Assembly: GCA_020184695.1 (NCBI GenBank)
Contig: JAANOX010000071.1
Coordinates: 1-64,000 of the forward strand
Source: Histomonas meleagridis 2922-C6/04-290x
Taxonomy: Eukaryota > Protista > Parabasalia
Length of the DNA: 64,000 bases
Direction of reading: 5' to 3'
Numbering within the stretch: the stretch's first letter is position 1; each line of letters begins with the position of its first letter. This document shows positions 1-14,193 of the stretch, piece by piece. The notes below the pieces were generated by a model. It saw only the letters and a program-made list of their open reading frames with translations. It was not told where the DNA came from and searched no databases. The translations under genes and the position numbers were made by a program.

Positions 1-614
1 TGCTTATTTCTTGAAGTTGTTCAACATCATCATTACGTATTGCTTTCGTTACTTCAAAAGGATTTCCCTTCGTTAATGTATGCTCTTCAAAATTGCTTCC
101 TGTTGAAGAATTAATTCAATGAGTTCTTTATTTATTCCAAAGGTGAAAACTCTAGATTTTCAATTGATGAAATTTGTTCTTTTGTTAATAAATGAACAAA
201 GTATTGGTTGTTTATGAAGGTATTTCGATCAAAACTAATTAAATTGTTTTCTATTAATTTAGCTAATATATAATAGGACTCTCTAGAACACAGTGTCAGT
301 AAATAACTTTTGAATAGTGAAAATAGTTGTGGACTTTTTTTAAGAATTTCTTCTTCCTTTTTTTCAATAAATTGTAAATATTGAAAATATACATTAATGT
401 CGTTACGCTGTGAAATATATGATGGATAAATATTTATTATTAGAACAGTATTAAATGAAATTGGAAAATTAGCATCAAATAAATCCATGGTTAATTTTAC
501 AGTCAACTCAATGTCTTCTTGATTTATATTAAAAAGTAAATTACTAATGTCTTTAAGATATTTGATTTCTTCTTTTGGATTTCTCATTGTTATTTTACTG
601 AGGTTGTACTCCAA
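1..614 (-). pseudogene. DUF3447-type ankyrin-family gene, N-terminal part; disrupted and running off the window edge
   Basis: ORF 132-614 resembles the N-termini of the other paralogues in the window. After the stop at 132-134 a shifted frame reads GNPFEVTKAIRNDDVEQLQEIS, the family motif (cf. IRNDEIEKLQEIS). Confidence 0.7.
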
Positions 615-1579
615 ACGGTCTCCATCGAAAAAATATTGTTTTGTTAATAAATCAACACATATTTTTAATTTTAATTTGTCAACTCATAAAATATTTATAA
701 TTATTAATGCCCTTTGTGAAATACTAAATTATTTTAATTTTAATTTGATGAGATAATCAATTCATCATTTGAATTAAAAAGTCGATCTTCCTATTATAGA
801 GATCATATATGATATATTTAAATTTCTTATTAATTTTGAGTTATATTCAGTTACTATTGAGTTCGCTTCATTTTAAAATCATCAAGAAAATTGATTTTGA
901 AATATATTAAACAACATAATAATTCCAATTGATGTTACCGTGTTATTTAGTAAATTATCATATTTAATTTGGAGATAAAAATGTTAATAACAAGAAAATA
1001 CAATCAAAAAGCCTAGAAAAGACCTAAAAAGTTGGAATATTTCAGTAAAATCTGTCTAGTTCTAAATTTTAAATTATGTTTGATTTTTCATGATTTTTTA
1101 CTATCCAAATAAAAACCTCCGTAACTTTTCTTATTTATTGAGGTTGATTAGATTTCTTACAATGTCACTAAATATATTTAAGTTCCTTTTGTTCATAGAA
1201 AATTCAAATCAAAAAAACGTCTTTGATTCAGGATAATGAAACCAATTGATTTAACAATATTTCGTAATTCATTAAAGTTACTTAATTTTGATGAAGTTGA
1301 TATGTTTTTCATTTCTTAGCAAAGTTAATGTCATCACTAAGATGGAAAGATTTGAACGCCGTGTTGTCTGCAATTGATTCCATTACAAAATGGGAATCAA
1401 TTCTGATTACAGAACATTTAGTTAACTTAAAACCAAATAATAAAACAGAAGGATTACAAAACTTGCAAATGGAAAAAAAGAAGCAGAAAGAATTGAAGCC
1501 GCGAACTTAAGAAATAATCTAAATACAAAAGAAGTTGTAATAAAGATTGGAATAATGAAGGTAAACTTTTGTTTACTCA

Positions 1580-1816
1580 TTAATAGGCTTTGGCCCCACA
1601 GAAATCGCAGCGATTAATTACGTGCTTGCTCTTGCATTTGCTGCAAAGGTTAGCACCTGTGCTTTCATGGCGTGTCTTACCACAAACTGCACATTTCATT
1701 CCTAAATCCATTGACTTCCTGCAATTCTTGCATGCCAAAACACCACCATGTGTTGCTCCTGAAGAACCGCATACAGCGCATTTTGATTTACACCCAACGC
1801 AAACTGAAATAGACAT
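1580..1816 (-). CDS. Small Cys-rich zinc-binding protein, PHF5A/Rds3-like (78 aa)
   Basis: Six CxxC pairs spaced as in PHF5A (VCVGCKSKCAVCGS...CKNC...KCAVCG...CSKC...CDFC). The ATG at 1816 follows a TCACA Inr-like element; the ORF-track start at 1876 is probably too far upstream. Confidence 0.6.
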   Translation of the reverse strand: MSISVCVGCKSKCAVCGSSGATHGGVLACKNCRKSMDLGMKCAVCGKTRHESTGANLCSKCKSKHVINRCDFCGAKAY

Positions 1817-1965
1817 TTTGTTTGTGATGTGAAATCGAAAATGCCACATGTGACAAAAAATTGCAACCCTAGGCATTTTTTATTTTTATTTTTATTTTTA
1901 TTTTTTTTTGGTGACGATATGATTTTTTGAGTGAAGTGTTCAACATTACTTTCAAATTTTATATA

Positions 1966-1973
1966 AAAGTGAC
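1966..1973 (+). promoter_or_regulatory. AAAGTGAC motif (parabasalid M2-like core promoter element)
   Basis: Exact AAAGTGAC in intergenic DNA. The same motif occurs at 36540-36547 and, on the minus strand, at 36569-36576 and 48699-48706. Confidence 0.35.
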
Positions 1974-2139
1974 ATTATTTGGCAAAATATTTCAATAGAT
2001 AGGTTTTCAATTTTTTTTTTTTTTAATTTTCCAATTCGAATCATTAAATACTTATACCACTAATTAAAACAAAAATGCATGCCTAGGTTAGCAGAAAAAT
2101 AGTTTTTACTTACTAAAAACATTTTTATTACATACATCA

Positions 2140-3201
2140 TTATAGGTTTAATTTAGCTCTCCTTGATTTCACTTTTGCTTCATGTTTTAGTCTGGCAATT
2201 TCTCTCTTAAGCATTTCGTTTTTTGATCTTTCTTGAAACAATATAACTTCTTTTGATGACATTTCTTTTTGCAAATTTGAGTATTTACTTTGCAATTGCT
2301 TTATTTCGTGATTTATTTCTTTTTCACCTTTTTCGTTTATGCATTTAGTTGAAATGAATATTTGTTCTTTTTTGTTTGTTTCATTTAATTTGTTTATTTG
2401 TTTATTATAAGCATCTTTGTTTGATTTAATCGATTTTTCACACTCTCTTAATTTGTTTAATGCTTCTTCATTTCGAGTTTTTAATGGTTGTATTGTTTTT
2501 TGATGATTTTGCTTTTCTTGTTTGATTTGTTTTTCATATTGTTTTTTAAGATTAACTATATCTTCTTTGATAGAATTTATCTTTAAAAGATGATTTTCCT
2601 CAAGTTCCTCAAATGCTTCTACGCACTCTGCTAATTTGGATTTGGAATTGTTGAGATTTTTAAGGCGATTTTCGTTTTCGGTTTTGATTATTTCTTCAAG
2701 TTGCTTTTGGTTTTCATAAATACTTCTATACATTTCGTGTTCTTCGGAATTGATGGATTCGTTGTGTTGTATTATTTGGCTTTGCTTAATTCTTTGAAGT
2801 TCTTTTTGTGATTTATGGATTTCAGTGTCAATTAAAATATCCCTTTGTTCTACGTTATTCATGATATCAGTTAATTGCTTTTCAAATTTTGAATGCAATA
2901 AACTTAATTGTACCTGCTGTTGTTCTTGAATATTCTTTAATTTTAAATGATGATTAGTTTTAATATTTGAAATATGAGATTCTAAAGATGATCTCTTTCC
3001 AGCTTCAATGCTATTCGTTTTTTCAATTTCAAGGATCATTTTTCTTTCGATTTCGTTAATTTTATTTTGAATGGATATAACATCTCTACAAATTAATGCA
3101 TAATAAGTTTTAAGCCTTGCAATTTCATCTTCTGCGAGATTTATGTTTTGTTTTACCTTGTTTTTAATTTGTTCAATTCTCTTTAAAAGAATGTTTTCCA
3201 T
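2140..3201 (-). CDS. Coiled-coil protein of unknown function (353 aa)
   Basis: Long open frame, K/E/Q/I/L-rich with heptad character throughout. Confidence 0.75.
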   Translation of the reverse strand: MENILLKRIEQIKNKVKQNINLAEDEIARLKTYYALICRDVISIQNKINEIERKMILEIEKTNSIEAGKRSSLESHISNIKTNHHLKLKNIQEQQQVQLSLLHSKFEKQLTDIMNNVEQRDILIDTEIHKSQKELQRIKQSQIIQHNESINSEEHEMYRSIYENQKQLEEIIKTENENRLKNLNNSKSKLAECVEAFEELEENHLLKINSIKEDIVNLKKQYEKQIKQEKQNHQKTIQPLKTRNEEALNKLRECEKSIKSNKDAYNKQINKLNETNKKEQIFISTKCINEKGEKEINHEIKQLQSKYSNLQKEMSSKEVILFQERSKNEMLKREIARLKHEAKVKSRRAKLNL

Positions 3202-3594
3202 CTTCTTCCATGTACGTTAAATTTATGCCACTTTTTTGTTTATTTGACACTTTGTATATTCTGATGAATTAAATGAACGGAATGGATATACAAATGTTCA
3301 AAATTTTTTCATGAATGCACCTTGTTAGTGCATGTTAGTATTCACAGCATAACGATATTTAGGTTTTCAAAAAATTATGAATGTTTGAAATGGATTTTTG
3401 ATTAAACTTTTTAACACAAAATTAATACTAGTCGAAATCTTGTTTTTTATTTTTTTAATATTAAAAACAATTAAAGAAGATAAAATCACTCATTTAACTC
3501 CAACATTTTCAATAAACTGTTATTGTCGTGCTTTTTTTGGCAAAATTCTGTATTTTAAAGATAACTCTATAAAATCGTTCGAGTGTACTCTGTT

Positions 3595-4348
3595 ATGAGT
3601 AATGTTGAAGCTGAAATTACCAATTTAAAAGAAGAAATAAGGCTGTTAAAAATTATCGTTCAAGAAATTCAAGCAAAAATCGAAAGATTGGAAAAACCCA
3701 AAATATATGAGGAAAAAGAACACACAGATAACGCATTTTTCGGATGATACAACAAAAAGCCCAAAATATAAAAAATCAAATCCCAAGTACACAATCAACA
3801 GGAATATTTGGTCACAGTACTACCTTTCCTATCTGTGGTTACACATGTGGTGCTCAATCTTTTCACAGAAAAAGCGGACTTACCTCAAATTCATTCACAA
3901 ATAATAATGTTGGCAAGTTGGAGTTTAAAAGTCGGACAGCAATCACCAATGTCTGGTCGTACTTTCTTGACTGGAAATGCAGAGTACTCTGGTCTTGGAC
4001 CGAATCTTTTTGGAGCTTCTAATTATGGACAACAAGTTCACGAGCACCGCAGACAAATGGCGGCCGCCAGCAACAGCAGCGGACATAACATTTGAGCCAA
4101 TAGTAATACCGATTTATGTGCCAGAAACATGATGTGAACAGCCATTTGCTGTTTATCATATCATCAATTACGAAATTTTCAAGCAGTACACGATCGAAGA
4201 GCTTCGTTACTATGATTACATTCAATACGGATTCTGTAAACCACCGCAAGAAAACAGTGGACAAATGGGAGAACAGTTTTCGCCAATCTCAAAGGAAGAA
4301 GCCTTTGAAATGCAAAGAAAGAGTTTCCTAAAGAAATCGATTTTTTAA
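3595..4348 (+). pseudogene. Fragmented FG/GLEBS nucleoporin-like (Nup98-like) sequence
   Basis: Successive frames give a coiled-coil start (ATG 3595), FG-like peptides (AFFG, STGIFG, PNLFG) and ITFEP...YHIINYEIFKQYTIEELRYYDY, which resembles the GLEBS motif. It is broken by frameshifts and an in-frame TGA at 4130-4132. Confidence 0.45.
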
Positions 4349-6571
4349 ATATTAACAGAAATATTGAGAAACGAAATGATATAATTTTTGTGAATTTTGG
4401 AATATTTTCAAAAAAAATATATCTTTGATATGAGTCATGTTTCTTTTTGGAAGTTCTGTTCAATGATATGCTTGAGTGAAATAAATTCATGTATAACGAA
4501 GTTGTAAATAATTATCAAAAATTAAATTTTAAAGAGACATCAAGTTAAACTTATCTATTGAATGCATCTATTAAATTTAATGCATAAATAGCTAAAAAGT
4601 TAATTAGTTATTAAAATCGAGAATTCGTCATTAAATGTGTTTTTTTGGGCGGTGCAAAATCCTCGTAATTTAATCCAGGATGGTGTGTATTTGATGTGCA
4701 ATTTAAAGGGGTCCGGCAGAAAAGGCCGAAAGTCTTCCCTCTATTATTTTCGCACATGGAAAGCGGCTCCTCCTGCGATGATAAAATCGGAGGATTCGCA
4801 TCCCGAAATCAAGCTTTCACTTTTGTATGGAATTGAATACATGATTCAATATTTTCTATGAGGTCTCGCAACCCCCAAATTTCAAATAAATGTCGTTCCA
4901 CGACTCGATCAAATCGTGTTTTTTATCTTTTCTTTTATGTTTGAAAATCATAATTTTCACATGCTTATTTTTACAAGTTTATTATTTTTTATTGAAAAAC
5001 CATAAATATGCAATTTAATTTTTTAACATATTTTAATTTTCCTAAATCATTGTATATCACATTTCTGATGAATAATTCATCATTATTCAGGTTGATAACG
5101 CAATGTGTCAAATCATTATCAACTTTATAAAATTCGAAGATATTAAATTTATTTCAATGCCGTTTTGTATTAAAAGAAGGCACCATCTAAATGTTGAATA
5201 CAAGCATTTGAGTACTGCCTATGCAAAATGTTATTGAAAGTTTAATGTATTTGTTTTAAAAAAGTAAAGTATTTGTTGTTGCTTTGTTTCTGTCGAAAAT
5301 ACAAAAGCATGAAAAACTGATAAAACTTGAATTAACCTTATCAACTTGCAATGGTTTAAGAATACCATGAATGATAAGCGTTTGTTATGGTATTCAAATA
5401 GCTTGTATATCTAAATGATCATTTTTTCTTGTTCATTTATCGAGAAAAATTTATTTGTTTTTTCTTTTTGAATAAATTGATTTGTTTGAATATATAATAC
5501 GCTTCTAAAATACTGATGAATACAAGAAAGAATATATCACCAAAAAAACAATCAGTAATTCTTTTTAAAATGCTCATTGTTCACAAATATAATTTCATTT
5601 GAATGTTTTTGAATGAATTAGATTTTAATTTGACTGTAAAAGGCGGTTATATTTAAAAATAATTGAATAAGTATATAGAAAAGTTGAAAATTTTATTTGA
5701 AAGCTTGGTATTGAATTATTTTGTGTTGAGTGATTTCGATCGTTTTTCTAATCAAATTGCTAAGAAAACAAAGAATATTTTGTATCAAGTTAAAAGAGAA
5801 AATGAGAAGAGAACATTATCATCTCACTTATCATTGTTTATGACTCGTATCGATTAAATTTTTGTTGACAATTTCAATTTCAAATGAAAAACAACCAATT
5901 TCATACATTTTTGATGAAAATTTGAAGGTTCTTTGTTCGAGTTAAAATCAAGAATATATCTTCCAATTATGACCATTAAATTGATGAAAAATAATGAAAT
6001 ATGTATGTTAATGACTTTCAGCATTCATTTTATTGACTTTATTTTCAACATATTTTATGATGAAAATATTCTTTATAAAAATATAAAATATATAAATTTT
6101 AAAAACAAAAATGTAACAACAAATAAACAGATCCATACCAAATATACTCATTATTTATTAAATAATACCAAAAATCATTCAAATAACAAATTTTTATTTT
6201 TCTCATATATAAAGTACCATAAAATAAGTTGCAAATATTATCATTTATTAAGTCATTTATTTATAACACTATTTGATATCTTTAAAAAATGTTTCGAATT
6301 ATTTTCTTTTTCTAAATTTAAATATCACTTTATTAATACTTTGAAGAAAATTTCAATTTATTTTGATATTTATATAATAAATAAAGTAAAAATATTTTAT
6401 ATTTTATTGAGGAATTTCTTTTATTACATATTTAAATCAACAATTAACAATTTATATATTATATCATTTTTAATTATATTTAATATTCTTTTTCAATTTA
6501 TTAAATATTTTTATAAAAGTTATTCAATTTATAATAAAAATAAACAAAATTTCAAAATATTTTTGATTTTA

Positions 6572-9111
<2,540 letters not shown>

Positions 9112-9269
9112 ATAAACATATTTTAAGAACAAAATGATTTTTATTAATTTATTCAATACAAACATTTTGTTATTTGGCAAATCTTATGTTTCCTTCGATT
9201 ATATATTATATGTTTATTATAGCAAATCCAATAGATACATTAAATTTTTATATAAAATTATTTTTTTTT

Positions 9270-9760
9270 TAAATTTTTAGCAAATGGTTCTTATTCAATA
9301 TGAAAGAAATTATTAACATTTTCTGTATTAATATTGTTATTGATTGCATTTGCATTTTCTTGATAACTTAAAATACGATTTCGTTTAATTTGACGATGGT
9401 GATTTATAAAGATAATAAGAAGTGAAATAATTATAATAAAAACATTACAATTACAATAATAATAATTTCTTGCATTAACAGAATCAATAGGTTGTAATAT
9501 ATTACATGTAATATATAATGAATATTCAAGAATGGTATAAAAATAATAAACAAATTTTGTTTCAACATAAGAATAAAATGTTAAACATCGAAAGAGTAAT
9601 AGTATTTGTGAAAATATTTTTGTAAATAACTGTTTGTGTAATTATTTGTGTTTGAATTAATTTTTGAATATATGTTACACCAAATTGATTAGTAAATGTG
9701 TTTGAATTAGTGAATTAGCTAAAATATAGCCAATCTGTAGAAATTTTAAGAACTCTTTTC
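9270..9760 (-). pseudogene. Decayed stalk-TM-tail remnant of a surface-protein gene
   Basis: Minus strand reads SNTFTN...FTNTITL, then a poly-Ile/Leu TM, RQIKRNRILSYQENAN and IE*EPFAKN, a degenerate form of the IEEDPFADDF tail. Confidence 0.55.
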
Positions 9761-9918
9761 TTGTGCTTGTGATATTTTGCATATGTGAAATAATATGTTT
9801 AGTGATCATCCTAACATCTTAGTTCTTCCAAAATAATATTTGGAAATTATTCAACACAGCACTTATAGCGGCACTTAGAACACAACTTCTGGTATAACGG
9901 TTATGTACGTTATTGCAA

Positions 9919-11019
9919 ATGGAGCTCAGACAAACTTCCCAGAGAGAAGAGTTAGAAAGAAGAAAAATTGAACAACTTCGTCAAATACACAGGGACAGGC
10001 TAGCTCGAATTAACAATAAAAAGCAATATGATGCTGGTCTAGATTACGATTATCTTAAAAAACAAATTGAAGAAAAGAAAGCACGGGATGCTGCAGAAGC
10101 TGAAGAAGAAGCTGAGTATCAACGTAGGTTCCTTGAAGAACAAAGGCTCCTCAAACACATCGACGAAGAGGAAAAAAGGATTAGACAACAAATAATAAAA
10201 GAAGATAATGAGTTCCGTGCAACCATGCAAGGGCGTGCTCGTTCTAGGGAATATGACATTAGTCATCCAGAAGCGTTTCCAGATGATCCTTCAATAACAG
10301 GTCTCAAGTGGGAAGGTGAAGATCCTAACCATGATGAACGTGTTAGACGGCAAAATGCACAACTTCAACGGTGGCACAAACAACAAATGATGGAAAAGGA
10401 AAACCGCGATTATTTACAACGCAAAGAAGACCAAGAATGGGAACGTCGCTACGACGAAAACGAGCGAATTTTAAATGAGATCCAAGCACAAGAAGCACAA
10501 ACCCGTTATGAGATACAAAATGAGATCAATGATGAGAACAACAGAATGGCCATAGAAAAACGGCGTCATGAAGCAGAAGAACAAAAACGTGAACTTGAAG
10601 AAAATGAAAGGGAACGACAATACACTAACAACAGCCCATTTATGACCGAATCGCGAAACCAAGCACGAGGCGTTAACGGTCGCCTTGTTACTCAGGATTG
10701 GAAAGGAATGAGTGATGAAGAGAAACTACAGATTATTGAAGAGCGGAGATCACAGATGCTCGAAGCACAAAGGAGAAAACAAGAGGAAGCACTTAGAGAA
10801 CGTCAAGAAGAAGCTCAAAGAATCAAAATGTCGAGAGAAGCATTAAGGAGAGAAAGAGCAGAACAAAGAGAACGAAAGCAAAGGGAAAAAGAACTTGCGG
10901 AACAATACATGAAAGAGGCTGAAGAACATAAAGCAATGAGGAAAAAGCAAGACGAAGAATATAACTCAAATGTACCAACTGATGACTTCTGGAAATTTTT
11001 CGGTACTTCTCACAGATGA
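9919..11019 (+). CDS. RIB43A: RIB43A-like axonemal microtubule inner protein
   Basis: E/Q/R-rich helical protein with family-like segments (HRDRLARI...GLDYDYLKKQIEEKK, WEGEDPNHDERVRRQNAQLQRW, DWKGMSDEEK) and the C-terminal PTDDFWKFFGTSHR. ATG at 9919. Confidence 0.8.
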   Translation: MELRQTSQREELERRKIEQLRQIHRDRLARINNKKQYDAGLDYDYLKKQIEEKKARDAAEAEEEAEYQRRFLEEQRLLKHIDEEEKRIRQQIIKEDNEFRATMQGRARSREYDISHPEAFPDDPSITGLKWEGEDPNHDERVRRQNAQLQRWHKQQMMEKENRDYLQRKEDQEWERRYDENERILNEIQAQEAQTRYEIQNEINDENNRMAIEKRRHEAEEQKRELEENERERQYTNNSPFMTESRNQARGVNGRLVTQDWKGMSDEEKLQIIEERRSQMLEAQRRKQEEALRERQEEAQRIKMSREALRRERAEQRERKQREKELAEQYMKEAEEHKAMRKKQDEEYNSNVPTDDFWKFFGTSHR

Positions 11020-11394
11020 AAATGTTTTGTCTAAATAACCAATGTTTTTAAATTAGTTAACCATTATTTATGTAACTATTGTACTGAAGAAAACAATAAT
11101 TAAAAATGTTTTTTTTTTTTTTTACAAAATAAGATCTTCATTAAGGTGTTGTTTTTTGTAAACTTCAGAAATAGATTTTGAATCAATTTTAATCGGATTC
11201 CCGAGTTTTCCTATCGTTCGTATCATTGAAAAAGTGATTTAGCGGTTTTCAAAAAAATTGAGCCAAATCTGTTCGTCACCCCCTGAAATGTTTCTGAGCA
11301 AACATTTTTTGACTTGCTATACAATTAACTACCAAGAAAAAATTATCGTTTCGGTTTTTTCTGACATAGCCACTTTTGCCTAAAATACAAATAA

Positions 11395-13907
11395 ATGGAA
11401 GAAAGAAAGAGTCAACCTCAAAATGAATGGGAAGTCCTTACATCAATCAAGCAATTTGTGTTTGGCTTAAGTGTAGAAAATCTTGAACAATCAATCAATT
11501 CAATAATAGGTCAATTTGATAAAGTTTACCCTTTAACATTTGATACGGTTATCAGCAATATGATTTACATAAAATTTTTAATTAGGATGGAAAATATTGA
11601 TTTATATTTTAAGTTTATAAAAGGAATTGAAACATTTGAAGAAAAAAATCAGATTAATTCAAAAATATCCGATGTGTTCGCACGTTTCCTTTATAATATA
11701 CTTACAGAAGAAGCAAAATATATTCTGAATATCAAGATTGAACCTAATTTTCTAGATCCAAAATACATTAATAGCTCAAAAAATTTATATTTAATAAATC
11801 AAAAATTTAAATCACAAATCATGAAAAAATATGAAGAACTTTCAAAGAATGATTTTGAGCTTCATAAGCGATTGATTATAGAAGGACATAATCCAAATGA
11901 GATTGCAAAAATAATTTGAAATGATGAAATCGATAAACTTCAAGAAATATCATCACAAACAAATTTTGATTTTAACCAAAAAATTGAGCCATCACCTTAT
12001 GAAAGATGTTCATTTGTTAATAAAATGAATGTTACATTAATTGATTATGCAGCTTTTTTTGGTTCAGTTAAATGTTTTAAATATTTACTTATGAATTGTT
12101 CTAAAATAGATAACACAGGTAAATATGCAGTTGCAAGCGGAAATTTAGAGATAATTTATTTATGTGAACAAAATCATTCATCATTTAAAAATGCATATGA
12201 AACAGCAATTAAATTCCATCAAAATGATATCTTTAAATATCTTTATGAAAATAAAATCATTGAAATTAATGATTACGAAAAATTAGGAAAGAAATGTATT
12301 TTGTATTATAATTTTGAAATTTTTTCATTTTTGCTTGAAAAAGGAATGAAGATTGACAATTCTATTATTAATGAATCGGCACAAATTGGAAATATATTTC
12401 TTCTTAAATATTTTCTTCGAAATAACCAAATTCCGTCGAATATATTGGCCTTTTCAGCGGAATCAAGAAATATTGAAATTGTTAAATATGTGTTGTCACA
12501 AGAAGGAATTGATATTAATGGTAAAAATATTCATTTCCTTAATTTAATATTTGTTCATTATATTTGATTTTTGTTTTAGTAATTTCAAATTCTAAAATAT
12601 TATTTAAGAATTATAGTTCATTCTCCCAAACTGCACTCATTATATCATGTGCAAATGGTGACATAAAAATAGTGAAATTACTTCTTGAACAAGAAGGAAT
12701 TGATGTTAATGTTAGAGATATTAATTTATTTTATTTATGATTTATTTTAATAAATTAGTGTTTTATAATAATATTTGAGAATTCTTCAAAATATTTAGTA
12801 CAGCTCTTATGTGGGCATCTAGATATGGTCACACAGATATAGTCAAATTACTTCTTGAACAAAAAGGAATTTATATTAATACTAAAGATTTTTATTTATT
12901 TAACTTGAAATTTATTTTAATTATTTTCTATTCCAAAGTAATATATGGAAATTATTTGGAATATTTGAAACAGCACTTATTTTAGCAACTAGAAATGGTC
13001 ATATAGAAATAGTTAAATCACTTCTTGAACAAAAAGATATTGATATTAATACGAAAGATATTTATTTGTTTTATTTAATATTTATTTAAAAAAATTGGTA
13101 AGTCATAATGTTATTTAACATTTATGCGAAATATTTGAATCAGCACTTATGATTGCATCTTTAAATGAAAATAAAGAGATAATTAAATTATTACTTGAGC
13201 ATAAAGGAATTGATATTAATGCTAAAAGTATATATTTGTTGTATTTGATTTTTATTTTGATAATTTTATATTTTAAAATAATGTTTGGAAATTATTTAAA
13301 GTTTTTTATACAACACTTCATATAGCAACTAAATTTGGTGAAATAGAATCTATCAAATTACTTCTTGGAAAAGAAGGTATTGATATTAATCAGAAAAATA
13401 TTAAATTGTTTGATTTAGTATTCGATTTAAAATATTGAGATTTTAAGCTAAGATTTGGAAATTATTCAAACTATTATTGACAGCACTTAGCATTGCATCT
13501 TATAAAGGATACATAGAAATTGTCAAGTTACTTCTCGAGCAAAAAGGCATTGATATTAATACTAAAGATATTTGTTTAATTTACCCAATAATTTTATTGA
13601 ATTTTTGCTATTGCAAGATAATATTTGGTAATTATTTATATAATTTTGGACTCCACTTATGTTCGCTTCTTACCATGGGCAAACAGACGTTGTAAAATTA
13701 CTTCTTGAACAAAAGGATATTGACATTAATGCAAAAAAATATTTGTTAATTTGATTTGAAATTTATTTGAACGATTTGATATTTCAAATTCATATTCGGA
13801 AATTATTCAAATATTTTAACACAGCACTTGAAATGGTTGACAACACATTTTCAACTAAAAATAAATACACTGAAATAGCCAAGCTCATTAAAAATTCAAG
13901 TGAATAA
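11395..13907 (+). CDS. DUF3447-type ankyrin protein split by 8 putative non-canonical introns; one in-frame TGA
   Basis: ORFs 11395-11919 and 12025-12567 are in one frame, separated by TGA 11917-11919 at a conserved Arg. Seven stop-free ankyrin units follow at a 170-bp period, then a terminal exon TALEMVDN...KNSSE* ending at 13907. The last unit has one extra A in an A7 run. Confidence 0.65.
12527..13812 (+). other. Array of 8 putative fixed-length non-canonical introns
   Basis: Predicted introns: 12527-12621 (95 nt, AT-AT), 12718-12791, 12888-12961 and 13058-13131 (AT-AA), 13228-13301 (GT-AG), 13398-13471 (AT-AC), 13568-13641 and 13739-13812 (AT-AT). All but the first are 74 nt. Confidence 0.65.
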
Positions 13908-14193
13908 CAATAGGTAATTATAGGATTGGTTAATTTTTAATATTTATGAAATGAAAAGTTTTAATTAAAATAAATTCTTCTTAATCAAAAAAAAAAATTG
14001 TTTTGCTAAGCTAAATATGTTATCTATATAAGAATTTTTGTAGGCTTTTTGTGGAACTAAATAATGTTTGATTTAGGGATTCAATGATCTATTGAGAGAA
14101 GTTAAAACCAAGCAAAAAGCTTGTTAATTTTTTTTGAAATTAAACGTTCACTAAAAAAAATTGGTCAAATTAACGTTCTTTTACTACAACTTT

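Noticed and set aside
850-1570. Possible decayed transposase (KPIDLTIF resembles a DDE QPLD motif)
   Set aside because: One weak motif among many stops; no terminal repeats or target-site duplication seen.
4637-4920. GC-richer patch (and a similar one at 22050-22330) as ncRNA or element remnant
   Set aside because: No recognisable RNA fold or domain; only faint peptide similarity (PDPFK/LNPFK, KLRGF/KIRGF) in broken frames.
10623-10634. ACTAACAACAG resembling the Trichomonas branch/3' splice motif
   Set aside because: Lies inside the intact RIB43A frame (YTNNS) with no matching 5' site needed; probably coincidental.
12530-13820. -1 programmed frameshifting at T-TTA-AAR to link ankyrin repeats
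   Set aside because: Many units have an upstream-frame stop before the slippery site, and several have a downstream-frame stop three codons before the repeat start (13641, 38002, 44864).
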